From Eledone cirrhosa (taxonomy: Eukaryota), in NCBI GenBank assembly GCA_964016885.1, contig OZ024740.1:415214001-415278000 (forward strand): a DNA stretch of 64,000 bases. Direction: 5' to 3'. The stretch's first letter is position 1. Each line of letters begins with the position of its first letter. The notes beneath the pieces are model-generated. The model was given only the letters and a program-made list of their open reading frames with translations, did no database searches and had not been told where the DNA came from. Below, piece after piece: positions 24,214 to 38,533 of the stretch. The translations under genes were made by a program, and so were the position numbers.

Positions 24214-25420
24214 GTAAGATTTTAAAAATATTTCCATTATTTAATTTTTCTGTTGAACTAAATTCATTGATACATTGCTTTCACTGATTGAGCTGATTAG
24301 AGCTATGTAATTATTTTTACCAAAATTATTCCAAATGTCCCAGACATCAATCAGGTCTGGGATGACACTCTATACTCTGCCATGAAATAATCACCTTTGT
24401 AGTTTATACTATAACATTCAAGCATGAGGTAAATAATATCGATGTATGTGTGTATGGCTTAGTGGTTAGAGCATTGGGCTTGCAATCGAAAGGTTGTGAG
24501 TCCAATTCTCAGACTGGGTGATGTGTTGTTTCCTTGAGCAAGACATTTTATTTCACATTGCTCCAGTTTACTCAGCTGTAGAAATGAGATGATAGGGACT
24601 GGGGTCCCTATCATTCCACTGCAAAGTGGTCGTGGAGGTGCCACGGCAAAAAAGCACTCAGCACTCACTGTAAATGAGGTTGGTGTTAGGAAGGGCATCC
24701 AGCTGTAGAAATCAAGCCAGAATCAGTTCCCGTCCCACCCTTGCAAGCAGGGAAAAGCGGACATAAAATGATAAAATGATATATGTGTGTGCATATATAA
24801 TAATATAATAATAATAATAATAATAATGAAATTATTGTGTACTGCTCAGGTGCACTACAACTCATCAAAGGTGCATGTATAGTACATAGAATAATGTACA
24901 AATGTCAGGAAAATGAACAGTGTACGAGTCATGAAATACATGTATACATGTATATATATATATATATATATATCATCATCATCATTTTACGTCCACTTTT
25001 CCCTGATATATATATATACACCCTAACCCTATATATATGTGTGTATATCATCATCATCATCATCGTGTTTAACGTCTATCTTCCACGCTAGCATGGGTTA
25101 GATATAATAATAAGGAAAATATTGTGTACAGTGCTCAGGTGCACTACAACTCATCAAAAAGTGTATGTATAGTACATAGAGTAATGTACAAACGTCAGGA
25201 AAATGAACAGTGAGTCGTGATATATACATGTGTATATATATAAATGTATATATCATTATCGCAGTTTAGTATCCATTTTTCCATACTTGCAGGTCGTTAC
25301 TGGATGTATTGTGGCACCAACACTAGTGAGGTGATCTAGCCCTCTGCAAGATTAATGTGTCCTCATTTATCGACATTGTGTATATGTATATAAACATTAA
25401 ACCTTTTTTTTATTTTACAG

Positions 25421-25472
25421 CAATATTTATGGTCCTTGGGATGAAGCCATTATCAAAGATGTAACAACATAG
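25421..25472 (+). CDS. PIGC: PIG-C last coding exon
   Basis: NIYGPWDEAIIKDVTT*, containing the GPWDEA signature. Confidence 0.95.
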
Positions 25473-28329
25473 AGAATCCAAAGACTAACGGAATTTGATA
25501 ATTTTCACCACAGGGTGATTTTTTTTCTTTTTCTTCAATGTTGATGTATTTATTTTAAAGCAGAGATGTTCAAAGCACTCATTAATTAGGAAGAAAGGGC
25601 AGTGGATTGACAGTATCGGTAGAGGGTTGAACACCATGCTTTGTAGTATAGAGTTACAGCCCTTTATGATCTGAGTTCAAATCTCGCCGAGGTTAACTTT
25701 GCCTTTCATCCTTACGGGGTCGATAAAATAAAGCACCAGTAACGTACTGGAGTAGATTTAATCGACTTTCCCCTCCCCAAAAATTACTGGCCTTGTGCCT
25801 ATACTAGAAATCATTAATTAGGAAGAATTTGAGATGTTATTGAAAAAGAACTCTGAGATATTTGAAACTTATAAATACAGTTGGCTAAAGAGATTAAAGG
25901 TTTGTTAACTGTGATTCATTGACTAGAGAATGGCCTTGTTCTGTCTGTAGGACAGAGTTGCTAGCAATACAGTCTACAATAATAGAACTAGGTTGATTAT
26001 AAATGTTGTTAACAAACCATATATTTGATCTTAAGAATCAAAACTAGTACTAATTAAGGTATTTCTTCATCAATATTCCATAATCAATCCGGCTACAAAT
26101 TCTTCACTGTAGATTTCACACTACTGTTTGTTAATAACCTGAATAATTTCCTTAAGTATTCTTGCCAATATCAGAAGAAATTGTATGTGGGTGAAATCCT
26201 AAGTATTAACCCTTTAGCATTTACATTACTTTATATTTACTGTTGTATTATCATAGTAAACACTTTATTTCTCATAATTATCTCACATAATATCGAATCT
26301 ATGAGATTTTGATATTATTTATTTTGATAACAATACCTTAACATAAGTATGAGTGGCTGGTTACAGCCAGTTTGAACAGAAAGTGGTGAGAGAATTCTGG
26401 CCGGATACAGCTAGTTTAAATACTAAAGGGTAGTTAAATTTGATATACAGTGAGGTAGCTACTTCTTTCTTCATGAATTTAAACCTCCAGAAGTATTTTA
26501 GAAATGCTGTCTTCCTTATGGTTCTTGTTAGAATGACTCTACAAGACAAACAAGGATATGAAATAGTCCTCCTTTTCTGATATAGGAGTCACTATTATTA
26601 AATATTTGGACAAGTCTTCTTTAACAGAATCACATGAATGAGGAATGTAGTTCAGTTATCTTGTACAGGAAAAACAGAGAAGTATGGTAGGAACGCCCTG
26701 GGGTGAAGTGGTATCTTGTCTTTAAAGCGTAGAAATATCCTAGACCCCCAATAGACAGATGTTGAGGAAAACTACCCCCCCCCCCCCTGTTCTTGCTTTC
26801 TTCATATTCCCACTGCATTTTAAGATACCTGAAATAGCAACTACACAGCCATTTCATCATGTTTTTCGCTGTGACCTTTCTTCTCTCCCCTTCTACCTAC
26901 CCATTTCGCTATTTTCTACTCTCACCCCTCTTTCTTCCACTCCCTTTCTCCCTATCTACTCTTACCCCACTGTCTTCCTCTCCTTTTCTCCCTCTCACTT
27001 TCACTCCCTCGTCTGACCGTTTAGCAGTTCTCTTCTCACTTACAACTGCGGCGATCGGACGTGTGTTTTGTTCCTCTCGACCACTCAGTCTTGAACTTAA
27101 GTTCTCTTATCGAGTGGTCTTCGATTTCCTACCTATAGTTGCTCGCACATTGCTCGGTTTGTGTTTTTATTTCGCTGTTTTGTTACTGTTTTCTCTTTTC
27201 TTCCTCTTTGCTTTCCATCCCTCTTTCCTTCGTTTTCCCAATAACGTATCCAGTTATTGACGCCCTGGGGTGAAGTGGTATCTTGTCTTTAAAGTGTAGA
27301 AATATCCTAGACCCCCAGTAGACAACTGTTCTTGCTTTCTTCGTATTCCCACTGCATTTTAAGTTACCTTAAATAGCAACTACACAGCCATTTCTATTCT
27401 CCATATATATATATATGTGTGTGTGTATTATAAATATATATATGTGTGTGTGTGTTTTAACCCTTTAACATTTACATTACTCTATATATACTATTATATT
27501 TTCATGGTAAAGGCTTTACCTCACATAATTATCTCACATAATATCAAATCTATGAGATTTTGAAAGTATTTATTTTGAGAACAATACCTTAACATCAGTT
27601 TGAGCGACCGGTTACAGCCAGTTTGAACAGAACGGGGTAGATAATTATGGCCGGCTTTGGTCGGTTTGAATATTCATGCACTGTTCATTTTCCTGACGTT
27701 TGTACATTACCCTATGTACTATACATACACTTTTTGATGAGTTGTAGTGCACCTGAGCACTGTACACAATATTTCATTATTGTTATTATTATTATTAAAG
27801 GGTTAAAGGCGTCCAATTTAAGTTAAAATCTTTCAACATAATTAATTATATTTAAGAATCTTACATTAATAATTAATAATTTTAGTAAATCCTTCAAAAT
27901 TCTTCACTAATTAACTAAAACTGAGTGTATTTCATTAGAAATGCAGTCATGAAAGGGTTAAACCTAATAAATGCTATGTAGCTGCCAAATATGGTTCATA
28001 TTTCAACCATTGTCTGTTTTAGTTGTGATGCGATTACATATATTTCTATAGCGGCTCTATTTACCAATATTTATTAGTAGAAATAATGATAGAGATGTCT
28101 ACGAAATATTGTTATCTGGATTATTTACATTATTTGGATCCCTTATTGTTCTGGATTATTCCTACTTCAGAGGAATTTGTTATTCATTAAATACCAGTAA
28201 TATATTGAAATAATTTAACTGATTACATATCTATTTAACAAAAAATGGCTTTATGCTTAGCCCAAAGAAAGTAATATCAGTGGTTGTATGAAGAGGTTCC
28301 TGTGCAAACATTACATATGCTGTCATATC

Positions 28330-29270
28330 CATATCATCATCAACATCATCATTACATCTGTTTTTCCATATTTATATGGGTTGGAAGGGTCCTCTCCTAC
28401 ACAGCATCATGCTATTTATGCATTCCTTTGTCATCTCCTTTGGAAGGTTCCACATCCTGAGATCAGCTTTCACCATTTCTGCCCATGTTTTTTTTCTTCC
28501 TTTTCCACAGCTTCTTTCCATTTGGATCTTCTGGCAGTTCTTTACTCAACTGTTATCCTCCATACACATTACATGTCTATACCAGTGCAACCTTCTCTCT
28601 TGTATGCTGCATCTGATACCTCTTATGCCAGGCATGGGCAACCTTTTTTTAGCAGTAAGCTGCATAGGATGTGGCTCATCATAAGGTGAACCACAATACT
28701 AAAAAGTTCAAGGCAATTTTGAAATTAGGCATGCTATTCAGAAAGCCAAACGGGCCACATGTGGCTCATGGGCCGCAGTTTGCCCATGACTGTCTTACAC
28801 CCAGTTTCTTTTTCTCTCATCTCATCTGTAGTTCGTCATGCACATCAACATTACACATCCTGTGAAGAATGCTCACTTGATTTATTTCCAGTCTTCACAC
28901 ATTCTCATCATTCAGGGCCCATATTTTGTTACTCTGTAACACTTCATACCTAAGCACCTACTGTTCACTCAAAGAGAAATCCTTTGTGCCAGGAGAGGTA
29001 ATAAACAGCTCCCTGAACTTTTTCCATTGTGTTCTTATTCTGGCTTCTATGCTTTCAGAGCACCTTTTTCACTGTTAATAAGGTGACTTTAACAGAAGCT
29101 ATCAAATAGTTCTATGGAGCCTGCCAAGTATTTGAAGGAATTTATTCTACTGGGTCTTCTGTCTGTTAACCATTCTGGTGTATCTTTCACATACAAAGTA
29201 TATGTGATATTTATCCAGAAATCAATGGTTTTTGTAGACTTTTCTTATTCATTAGATATTGAATGATTTA
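28330..29270 (-). mobile_element. Old degenerate RTE LINE fragment
   Basis: (CAT)n tail on plus at about 28330; decayed similarity to the RTE C-terminus. Confidence 0.55.
28629..28792. mobile_element. hAT-like MITE
   Basis: TIR caggcatgggcaa / ttgcccatgactg; imperfect 8-bp TSD tcttatgc / tcttacac. Confidence 0.7.
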
Positions 29271-30380
29271 GTAAAGGTGCATGACTTAGTGGTTCGAGAA
29301 TTGGATTCACAATCTCAGGATTGGGATTTCAATTCCTGGACCAGGCAATGCATTATGTCCTTGAGCAAGACACTTTATTTCACATTGTTCTTTCTGCTAC
29401 GAGTTGTGACCAGTAGATAGTATCAGCAGTGGAAAGACCAATGGAAACATTGTTTCTTGGTCCAATTTGATACGTTCCACCCCATTCTACAAGCGAATCA
29501 GGTCTGGGATCTTGTCAGTCGATTCAATCAATCAACTTATGATGTTAAATTACATTGTAAAGTAAGCCTTTCACCTCTCATGAAGGCACAATACAATTCT
29601 ATGCCATGGCTAAGCTAATTTAGAAAAAAAAATGTGCTGCTGTTTCTTTAGGACACAATCTCCATTAATATTTTATGATATAATAAGAATAATGCCAACT
29701 TTTAGATATCTCAATTTAGAGCCCATATTAGCAGGATAATGCCATTAATATTACATATTCTAGCTGATTATGATTAATAACATATACTCTTTTACCTGTT
29801 CCAGCCATCTGGCAGAGGCCATGCTGGAGCACATTATAATATTTTCAAACTTACTTGTTCTTCGATTTTTAAATCTTGGATTAAATTTCTATTCTATAAA
29901 ATTTTTCTATTGTTCTGTGGCACTATGATGTAAATTCTGTTTGAAATCGATATTTGCATGATTGATTTTATTTAAACTGCTGATCTCATTTTGTTTTTTT
30001 CTTGTTTTTCAAATATTTTAGTGAATGATATTGGATTTACTATTGATCTTTTCAGTGATCAGAACAATTTCAAACCTTTTAACGTTACCTTTCTGAGCAC
30101 TGTAGAGGTAGCTCTTGGAGAGCTATATTTGTAATCTGGTTTCGGTTATTTTGTGTTATTTATATTGTTATTATCTCATATTTATTGTGAAGGTAAAAAC
30201 ATTTGAATATTGTTTTCATTGTAATGCATGAACATCATAATGTAGGAACATAAATTCATTTTGATCTCAGTTTAGTGCAGTTTAAATTGGTTTGACTTTT
30301 AACTAGATTGGTGGATCAGATGTTTTGCATTAATTAGTTGCAATTAAGGGTGGTGGATTTGCAGTCTCGGTAGAGTGTTC

Positions 30381-33300
30381 TGTGGTTAGAAAAAGCTATC
30401 TCACTTACCGCTTTTCATAGGCACCGCTAAATTCCACTGCTGGTCTCTCCTCTTCCACGTGCGTCCAACTCCTTAACACCGGGAGCTGCCAAAACTCGTG
30501 CCCATACCGTTGCTGGTCACCACTAGAGAGGGCCATCCGCTGGCCCTTCCGGTCGAGCATCCTTCCGGCCAAGCACCCTTCCGGTCGAGCACTCCCCCGC
30601 TTCCGGCCACCGCACGCCACACCATACCCACACGCCCCCCTGATCTCAAGGATCAATTTCCCCCTCGTCCTTCTGCATATGAAAGTCTGCTGTCCAGGTT
30701 GGTGGTTTACGACTTCTTTGCGATCTCCGCAGTGTTGGGGCAGCACTTTGGGTTTCCTCTTCCTCAGAGTCTGTTGACACAGTAATTCTACGGACATCCA
30801 GGACATGACGTGGTACTCCGTCCACAGACACATTGTTCTGGGAATTTACGGCCGTCACCGTTCCCCTTCCCCATTGAGATGTGCAACGTGCATCTGGGGT
30901 CTTAACACAGACTTCTTCGCCCACCTGCACGAATGCACTCTCTCTCCCCACTGGCCATTGTAGTGGCGTGCATGGGTGCCGCCACTCGTATCTGAATACT
31001 GCTCTGTGTGGCACCGATTCCTCGACCTGTCCCACCCGAGGGGACATGTTGTACCAGAACACTGCCTCCATTGGTGAGATATGGCCCCGCTCCGCCATTG
31101 CCTTGATCGTCCGGTGGTGTCGCTCCACAATTCCATTCCCGCTCGGCCGGTGCGCTGCTCTGAAGAAACGGTCCACCTTCCATCCATCGAGCATCTCCCT
31201 CAGCGCCTCCGAGTGGAACACTGCGCTGTTGTCCATCAGCAGTTCATCCACAGGGCCCCACTCCAAGAACACCTCTCTCAACGTCTGCGTGATTTCCTCG
31301 GCCGTTCCAGTCTTCATCTCCCTCCATATCGCCATCCGTCCTGGTCCACAGTCGACCATCGAGAGGTACGTTCCCTGTCGGTAGTGCGTTACATCCACCG
31401 CCAATCGCTTCCAGTCGCGATCCACCGGGAGGCTTCCCGTTTCGTGTACACCCGGGGTGGGATCAATGGACTGGCATCGGACGCAGCCTCTAACCACCCT
31501 TTGAACACTGTGTCTGTTAACATCCGAGTCGATTCTCCTGGCTAGGAACAGGCTCCTATCCACTCCCATGTGGTGCATGTCATGCAACCCTTTCAGATCC
31601 GACTCGGTCAGCCGACACACGGCAGCTATCTCATCTTCTACCTCCTCCGGCGCTTCCATCCAGGCTTTCTTCACCCTGGTTAAGACGTCTACCCTATTTT
31701 TCTCTGAGGGCACGAAAACTACGCTCAGCCTCAGGTCGAACTCGGTGGCCAGCTCTCCTAAAGTTCCCAGGCGGCGCTTTATCAGCATCTCCGCCGCCCC
31801 TCTCGTTCGCACTCTCTTCTCACTGGTGAGCACTGATCTCACCCATCCGAGTCGGTGCGTATCTCGATGGTGCGCAGTCCCCACCTCAGGGTGAGGTTCA
31901 CCCCTCTCAACACTGCGTCCAGTTCGGCCACATTGATGTGGTTGCAGTCGTCCTTCTTCCTAAGCCAGGCTGCATCCTCGACCTCAACACCTTCTATCTC
32001 CAACGTGACACCCAGCGCTATGCTGCTGGCATCGCACCATACCGTCCCGCTCTGTGATTTGGGCACATACCAGCGTCCCTGCACTGGGTCGTTGGCCTTC
32101 ACCCTCCCCACGATCTCCTGCATCATGGCCACCGTCCTCTCTCCCACTCTGTCACCCCTCCCGCTCATCTCTTGACATAGCTGCATGCCGTCCGGAGCCT
32201 CCCAGCAATCAGGTAGTGACCCACCAACTTTCCACACACCGAGAAAAGCTCCCGCCTACTCATACTTGGGCCCAGTTCTGGAACTTCATTTCCCCTCTGG
32301 AATACCAAGACGCCCGTCCTGTCTCGCCGTAGCCTAAGTCCCAGCGCAGCTCCTCCCTCCAACGCTTCTGACGGCTTTGCAGCCAGTCCATACCCCTGTA
32401 AATGGCTCATGACCTCCGCCGCCGACACCACAGACTCGTCCACTAGGTTGTCGTCAATATAGGAGTTAGTGACCCCATTCATCTTGTCGGCCTTTCCCAG
32501 AATGGTCTTGAGGACCGCCGCCATGATCTTCGGTGCGGAGCTCAGCCCGAAACCGAGCCTGGTCAGGCAATATGTCTGGCCCTTATACCTGACCATCTAT
32601 ATGCAATTGCAAGTATGCCGACTTTAGATCTACGATTGCTGAAGCCCCCGTCATGCGTCTCCACTCACACAGGGTTTTCCCACAGACATCCGTGACCTCG
32701 CCACCTGTGTTGTATGACACGTGCTCGTTCAGCTCCCGAAAGTCCAGCACTGGCCTCACCTTGTTCTTCGTGGGTTGCGCCACCGCCATTAATGGCAATA
32801 CTCCGCACTTCACCTCCTCTTTCCAGGGAAGCAGTATGCCCTCCTCAATCCATCTCTCTACCTCTCGCTCGCTCCTTATGTTTCCCTTCAATGTGTGTTG
32901 ATAGCCCACTTTGGTCTTCAGTGTTGGTGGTTCTCCCTTCCAGTACCACTCAACAACCCTTCGCACACGGCCTTGAAGTCTTTGTCCTGCACAGTGTAAG
33001 TGGGGTATTTCTCCTCGTGGGCCTTCTGGTTCTCCTGTCGCGCACTCACAGCGCATACCGATGCAGCGGTGCCAAACGACACACCGACGTTGTTCACTGT
33101 GATGCCTCCTAGACGGCCAATTGCGTCCATACCCATAACCACGCCGATGCCATCCACACGCTGTCTACTACGATGGCAGAAAGCCTTATTTTCCTTCCCC
33201 ATACCGCTATTTCCATCTCGCTGCGACCTCGGCATTCAGTTTTCCTGCCGTCGACTGCCCTTATGCTGCTTGCTCTTCCCTCTCCACCTCTGCGCCACCT

Positions 33301-34484
33301 CCGCGGTCACCAGTGTCGTCGTACAGCCTGTGTCCACGAGGGCTCGCTGTGGCTTTCCCCTCATGAAGACTTCCACCAACGGGCAGCGCCTCTACCCGTA
33401 AGGGGCAACTACCGGCGCAGCAGTTCCCCTTGGATCGTTTCCCTGGTCGCAGTTAATAGTGATGTGGCCTGGTCACTTACACCGGTAGCATATTATGTCC
33501 AGCCTTGACTCTCTGCAGTCTCTAGCCATGTGCGGGCCCTGGCACCGAAAACAGCGACCTCTAAACGTTCACGGGCGACCGCGTGCCGTGGTTGCCTCCC
33601 TTTCACCATTTTGCTGCCAGCTGTCTTGAGTCTCTGTAGTTGCTATCGCCGCAACACTCTTCTTGGCATCTTCTGCTATGATCCGAGCTTGTTCCACCAG
33701 TGAATGCATTTCCATTTCTTTGTAACCCGGGACTTGCTGCAGTTTCACCGCTATGTCGTCTGGAAATCCATTTATGAATGCCAACCGCAACGTGCGTTCG
33801 CATTCCACCTGATATCCAGCCAACATGGCCAATCGACGTATTTCCGCTGCGAAAATGTTGACGCATTCACCGTTCCATCTAATTCTTGCCAGCTTAGCGA
33901 AAGTGGCTAACGGTCCCTCTGTGAACGCTTCCATCATGCGCATCTCTTTGGCTGTGTTTGTCCAACTCAAGGAAGAGTACCAACGCGTCCCCCTCGAGGT
34001 ACAGTGCCATGAGGCCAGCCACATCTATCTTCTGTAAGCTTGCGACCAGCCGGACTTTTCGCAACCAAGCGACATCACCTTCCCCGGTAAATGCCCTGAT
34101 AGCTTCGCTTGTTCGTAGTCTTGTCGCCATATCCTAATTTGTCTTGCGGTACGTGATTAAAAAAAAACAACAGACTCCTCTCTGTTTTTCCAGTAGCTTT
34201 TTTTTTTTTTTTTTTTCAATCAGATCTGTTTCCAGTGCCGAAATAGGTTGTGTTTAGAAAAAGCTATCTCACTTACCACTTTTCATAGGCGCCGCTACAT
34301 TCCACTGCTGGTCTCTCCTCTTCCATGTGCGTCCAACTCCTTAACACCGGGAGCTGCCAAAACTTGCGTCCACACCATTGCTGGTCACCACTAGAGAGGG
34401 CCATCCGCTGGCCTTTCTGGCCAAGCACCCTTCCGGTCGAGCACTCCCCCGCTTCCGGCCACCGCATGCCACACCATACCCACA
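30381..34484 (-). mobile_element. Gypsy-type LTR retrotransposon, degenerate, inserted in a SINE
   Basis: LTRs 30381-30632 and 34249-34484; 5-bp TSD TGTTC; fragments LYLEGDA (gag), VDTGC, YIDD, WCDAS and integrase 30646-31884; G-rich PPT. Confidence 0.92.
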
Positions 34485-35123
34485 TGTTCGACACCATGCT
34501 TTGTGGCATAGAGTTACGACCTTTTACATTCTGATTTCAAATCCCACCAAGGTTAGCTTTGCTTTTCATCCTTACAAATCTTAAAATAAAGTACCAGTAA
34601 TGCACTGGGGTCAATTTAATCATCTTCCCCTTCCCCCAAATTATTGGTCTTGTGCTTAAATCAGAAACCATTATTTAGTTGCAATGGCGGTTGATTGGCA
34701 GAATAGCTTGTATTGGACAAAATGCTTCATAGTATTTGGTTACAGCTCTTTTCCTTCTGAGTTCAAATACCACCGAGGTTAGCTTTGCCTTTCATCCGTA
34801 TGAGGTTGATAAAATAAAGTACCAGTAATGCACTTGGGTTGATTTAATCGACTTTCCCCTTCCCCAAAGTTGCTGACCTTGTGCCTAAATCAGAAACCAA
34901 TATTTAGTTGCATCTTTTTTTGTTTATGTTCTGAGTTCAGATCCCACCAAGGGCCACTCTCCCTTTCAATCATTCAAGGTTGATTACATTTATGTTCCCT
35001 CTCCAAATATTTGTGTCCTTTTGTTCTGTGAGAAATTGGTATTTCTAGAAGATGGGGATTAGTAGAATTGGTAAAGCTAGAAAAAGGTCCTGTTGTATTT
35101 AGTTATATCCCTTCCTGTTCCAT

Positions 35124-35402
35124 AGTGGGGGCTTGTGGCCTAGTGGTAAGGGTGTTGGACTTCTGATCAAAATGTCATGGGTTCGATTCCTGAACTGGGT
35201 TGGGTTGTGTTCTTGAGCAAAACACTTCATTTCACATTGCTCCAGTATACTCAGCTGAAAATGAGTACCAGCAATAGCTGGGGACTTAACCTTGTGATGG
35301 ACTGGCATCCTATCCAGGGGGAGACTTGTACTCTTAGTCACTTAATGCCATGAAACCGGGATAAGCACTGGCTTGACAAGCCTCATGGCTTGAGACAGAC
35401 TT
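35124..35402 (+). mobile_element. tRNA-derived SINE, second family
   Basis: A box gtggcctagtggtaag, B box ggttcgattcc, core tgtgttcttgagcaaaacactt; copies at 24455-24590, 29278-29390, 39880-40142 and 44225-44530. Confidence 0.8.
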
Positions 35403-36717
35403 TCATGTACTAAGTTCAAAATAGATTTTTAAAATGTACCAGTAACAAACTGGGGTCGATTTAATGGACTGTGCCGTCTCCAAAAATTTGGATCCTTGTG
35501 CCAATGTTAGGAATCATTTTTTTTCTAGTTAAGATCGTACTTCCAGTGTAATTAAACATTTTGAAATTGGTTTACCATTTTAGTCTTCCAAAAGATTACT
35601 GGTACATAGTTTGTTTGAGGTTTGCATTCAACAGTTCCTAGCACTGACCTGTTGTTTAAACAGTAATGAAGTTATGTATACTTTCAGAAAAAACTGGGGT
35701 CTTTTTTAATTCACTAAAGGTATTGAAAATTTGCTCAAGAGAAAATATTCAAATTAAAATTTGCTCAATGAGAAAATAGTCTAATTAAAATTTGCTCAAA
35801 GAGAAAGTATTAAAATTTCAATCCAGTATAGGAAATATTTTTTTAAATTTATTTAAAATAAAAAAAAGGAAATATCGTTATTTTTGTTATTATTTATCAC
35901 TGAGAGACTTTTTACATTATATGTATGAACTTGTAACTACTGGGAGTGTTGTAGGAGTGTCATATTAACATACAGTGTTTCTAAGGCATTTTTAAACCTG
36001 ACACACCCCATCTCCTCTTCAGGTTTACATTATATACTGCTAATGAAATCATCTTTGTTGTTATTTCTCATTAAAGTTTACCAACTTTTTTAAAATCATT
36101 CATAAAAACAAAATTATTTGTTGGCACACATATTTTTTATATTTTCTTTTTGTTGAGAGAAAACATTTAATTTTCATTTGTGTATTATTAAAAATAAAAA
36201 ATATAATACCTGAAAGTTTGGGGTTTTTTTAATCAATTTTATTAAAATATGTATCGAAGATTTGTTGTTTTAAATTCGTGTGTGTTATTGGAATTGTAAA
36301 GTATGAAAAGAATGAATTAAAAAAAACAATCTTAAAAACTTTCAAATCCACATTTGTGGGCGGATTATGATAGAAGACATATTTTCATATAAATCCCAGA
36401 AAAATATTACTGGAAACAATTCACAAGGAGTAAACCTGTTGCCATTTATTATGTGATCAGGAAGTCTTTATGTAATTCAGTTGTTGGGTTGACAAAATTA
36501 TTTATCATTGGACTATTCTGTGAAGCAGATTTAAATTTTACTAGATTTCAGATAAAACATTATTATTTTTTCTCTAAATGTTACTTTGGCTCTTTATTTG
36601 GTATTGCTTGAGTTTGGAACAGAAATAAGCTACCATACCATTCCAATAGTCAATTGTTTACAGGGTTTTGTGTTCAGCAAGACTCCTACTCAAATGTTGG
36701 AATAAAAAAGTTAAATA

Positions 36718-37662
36718 CTGAGTATACTTGTATATAAGGTGAGAAATGTGACCAAAAATTTTATAGTGAAATGGGAGTTGGCTTATATTCAAGGTCAATA
36801 ACTTCAAATTCTATCTAAATAAGGCGCTAAAATATCTCAAATGATTATTTTACAATGAAACACTGATTTTCTATATTTAATACATCCTCATTAGTGTTAT
36901 TTATGCACCCCCTTGAAAATATTTCCAACAAATATTTATAATTTGTACATTTTAGTATATAAATATCCTATACACATACATGCACATATACACACACACA
37001 CACATCCATCAACTGTTTTTCTCTGATTTAATACTTTTTCTTTCAATCTTACTTCCAACTTGTGATTTATTGCTCTCATTCTTTCCTCCTGCTTGCTCAT
37101 GTCCCCCCCCCCCTCTTCTACTCAGTGGATCTCTATACAAAGTTCTCTTATTCGGTCCCTTGCTTTCAACTACTCCCAACATGTGAGTGATAAAACAGAT
37201 GAAATGATAAAAAATCATTATGAAATGGAGCTTGGAATAAAACTATACTCTAAATGACACTTAGAATACTTTAACCCTTAAGCATTTAAACCAGCCATAT
37301 CCAGCCAGAATTCTCTCACCTCTTTCTGTTCAAACCAGCAGTAACTGGCCACTCATACTGATGTTAAGGTATTGTTCTCAAAATATATAGTATCAAAATT
37401 TCATCGATTCAATATTATATGAGATAAAGCCTATACCATGAAAATACAATAGTATGTATAAAGTAATATAAATGCTAAAGGGTTAAACATTAAAATATTA
37501 AAACATCATAAATATATTTTATACTCATGAGAATTTCAAAACCACACCATCTAAACATAATGTGTTGATTTGCTGCATTGGCTTATAAACAGGGTTTAGG
37601 TTTTTCCTCATTTCTCAGACATAAAATGTGGGAGAGTGTCGGCTTATATTCGAGTATATACA
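36718..37662. mobile_element. Possible pogo/Tc1-like non-autonomous element
   Basis: Right end cggcttatattcgagtatatacag-ta with a weaker inverted copy near 36718. Confidence 0.35.
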
Positions 37663-38533
37663 GTACTTATGAATTGTTGAATGTATGTTAAAAATCTAAA
37701 TTTCCAAGAAATTTCTAATATTTAGGATCTGACTTATTAGGGATTGGAGGTAAATACTTCCTCCCAATTGTTATTTTCATATTGGTGGCTAATTTATGAT
37801 AATCTTGGTTCGAAGTTGAAATTAAACTTCAGATAGGTTTACCTTTCCATTTTCAGGTGTTGATAGAATCAGTTTTAGTGAGAGATTGAGATTAATTACT
37901 TTGACTATAATCATAAGCCCATTTCAAAATAGACATTTTTTAAATACGTAAATTTTTTTAAAAATCAATATTATTTATTTTTTGGCATACTCTCAAAATT
38001 AGGAATCTTAAATATTAGCTATACATACAAGTGTAATCTCTATTTCAGAAGCTGTAACTATAAAAGCAACATACAACACTTACTAGTTCCCTAGGGCTTC
38101 CTTAATCATCACAACCTTTTTATTTTACTTAAAACTTAAGTTTGTTTTTCTTGCTGATAAAAATTGTTTAAAGAAATGGTTTTGGCCACAGCAGCTGTGT
38201 TATTGTCTTTCTCTTTAAGTCGTCAGCTTGCCTCAAAATATTCCGTTGACCCTTGTGGTGTGCAGCTGATTGTTGCACTTTGTGGTGAATTGATGGTTAT
38301 TTTTTGTTTTTCTTTTCTTTTTCTCTCGCTTTGATCATATATTTTTATGAGGTTCCTTATTGTGAATAATAAAATGAATATCCTCATGTTTTGTTCTTTA
38401 AGTAGTTGATATATGACAAGATATGAACAAAGCTGATCTACAAGTTATAGCTTGTTTTACCAAAAGTCTTCAGTTGCTGGATTCTTAATGAGGAAGAAAC
38501 TTTTGTTATCATGTTTAGCTGATATCAATAATG

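Noticed and set aside
35124-35200. tRNA genes at SINE heads
   Set aside because: A/B boxes run into SINE cores; no complete cloverleaf
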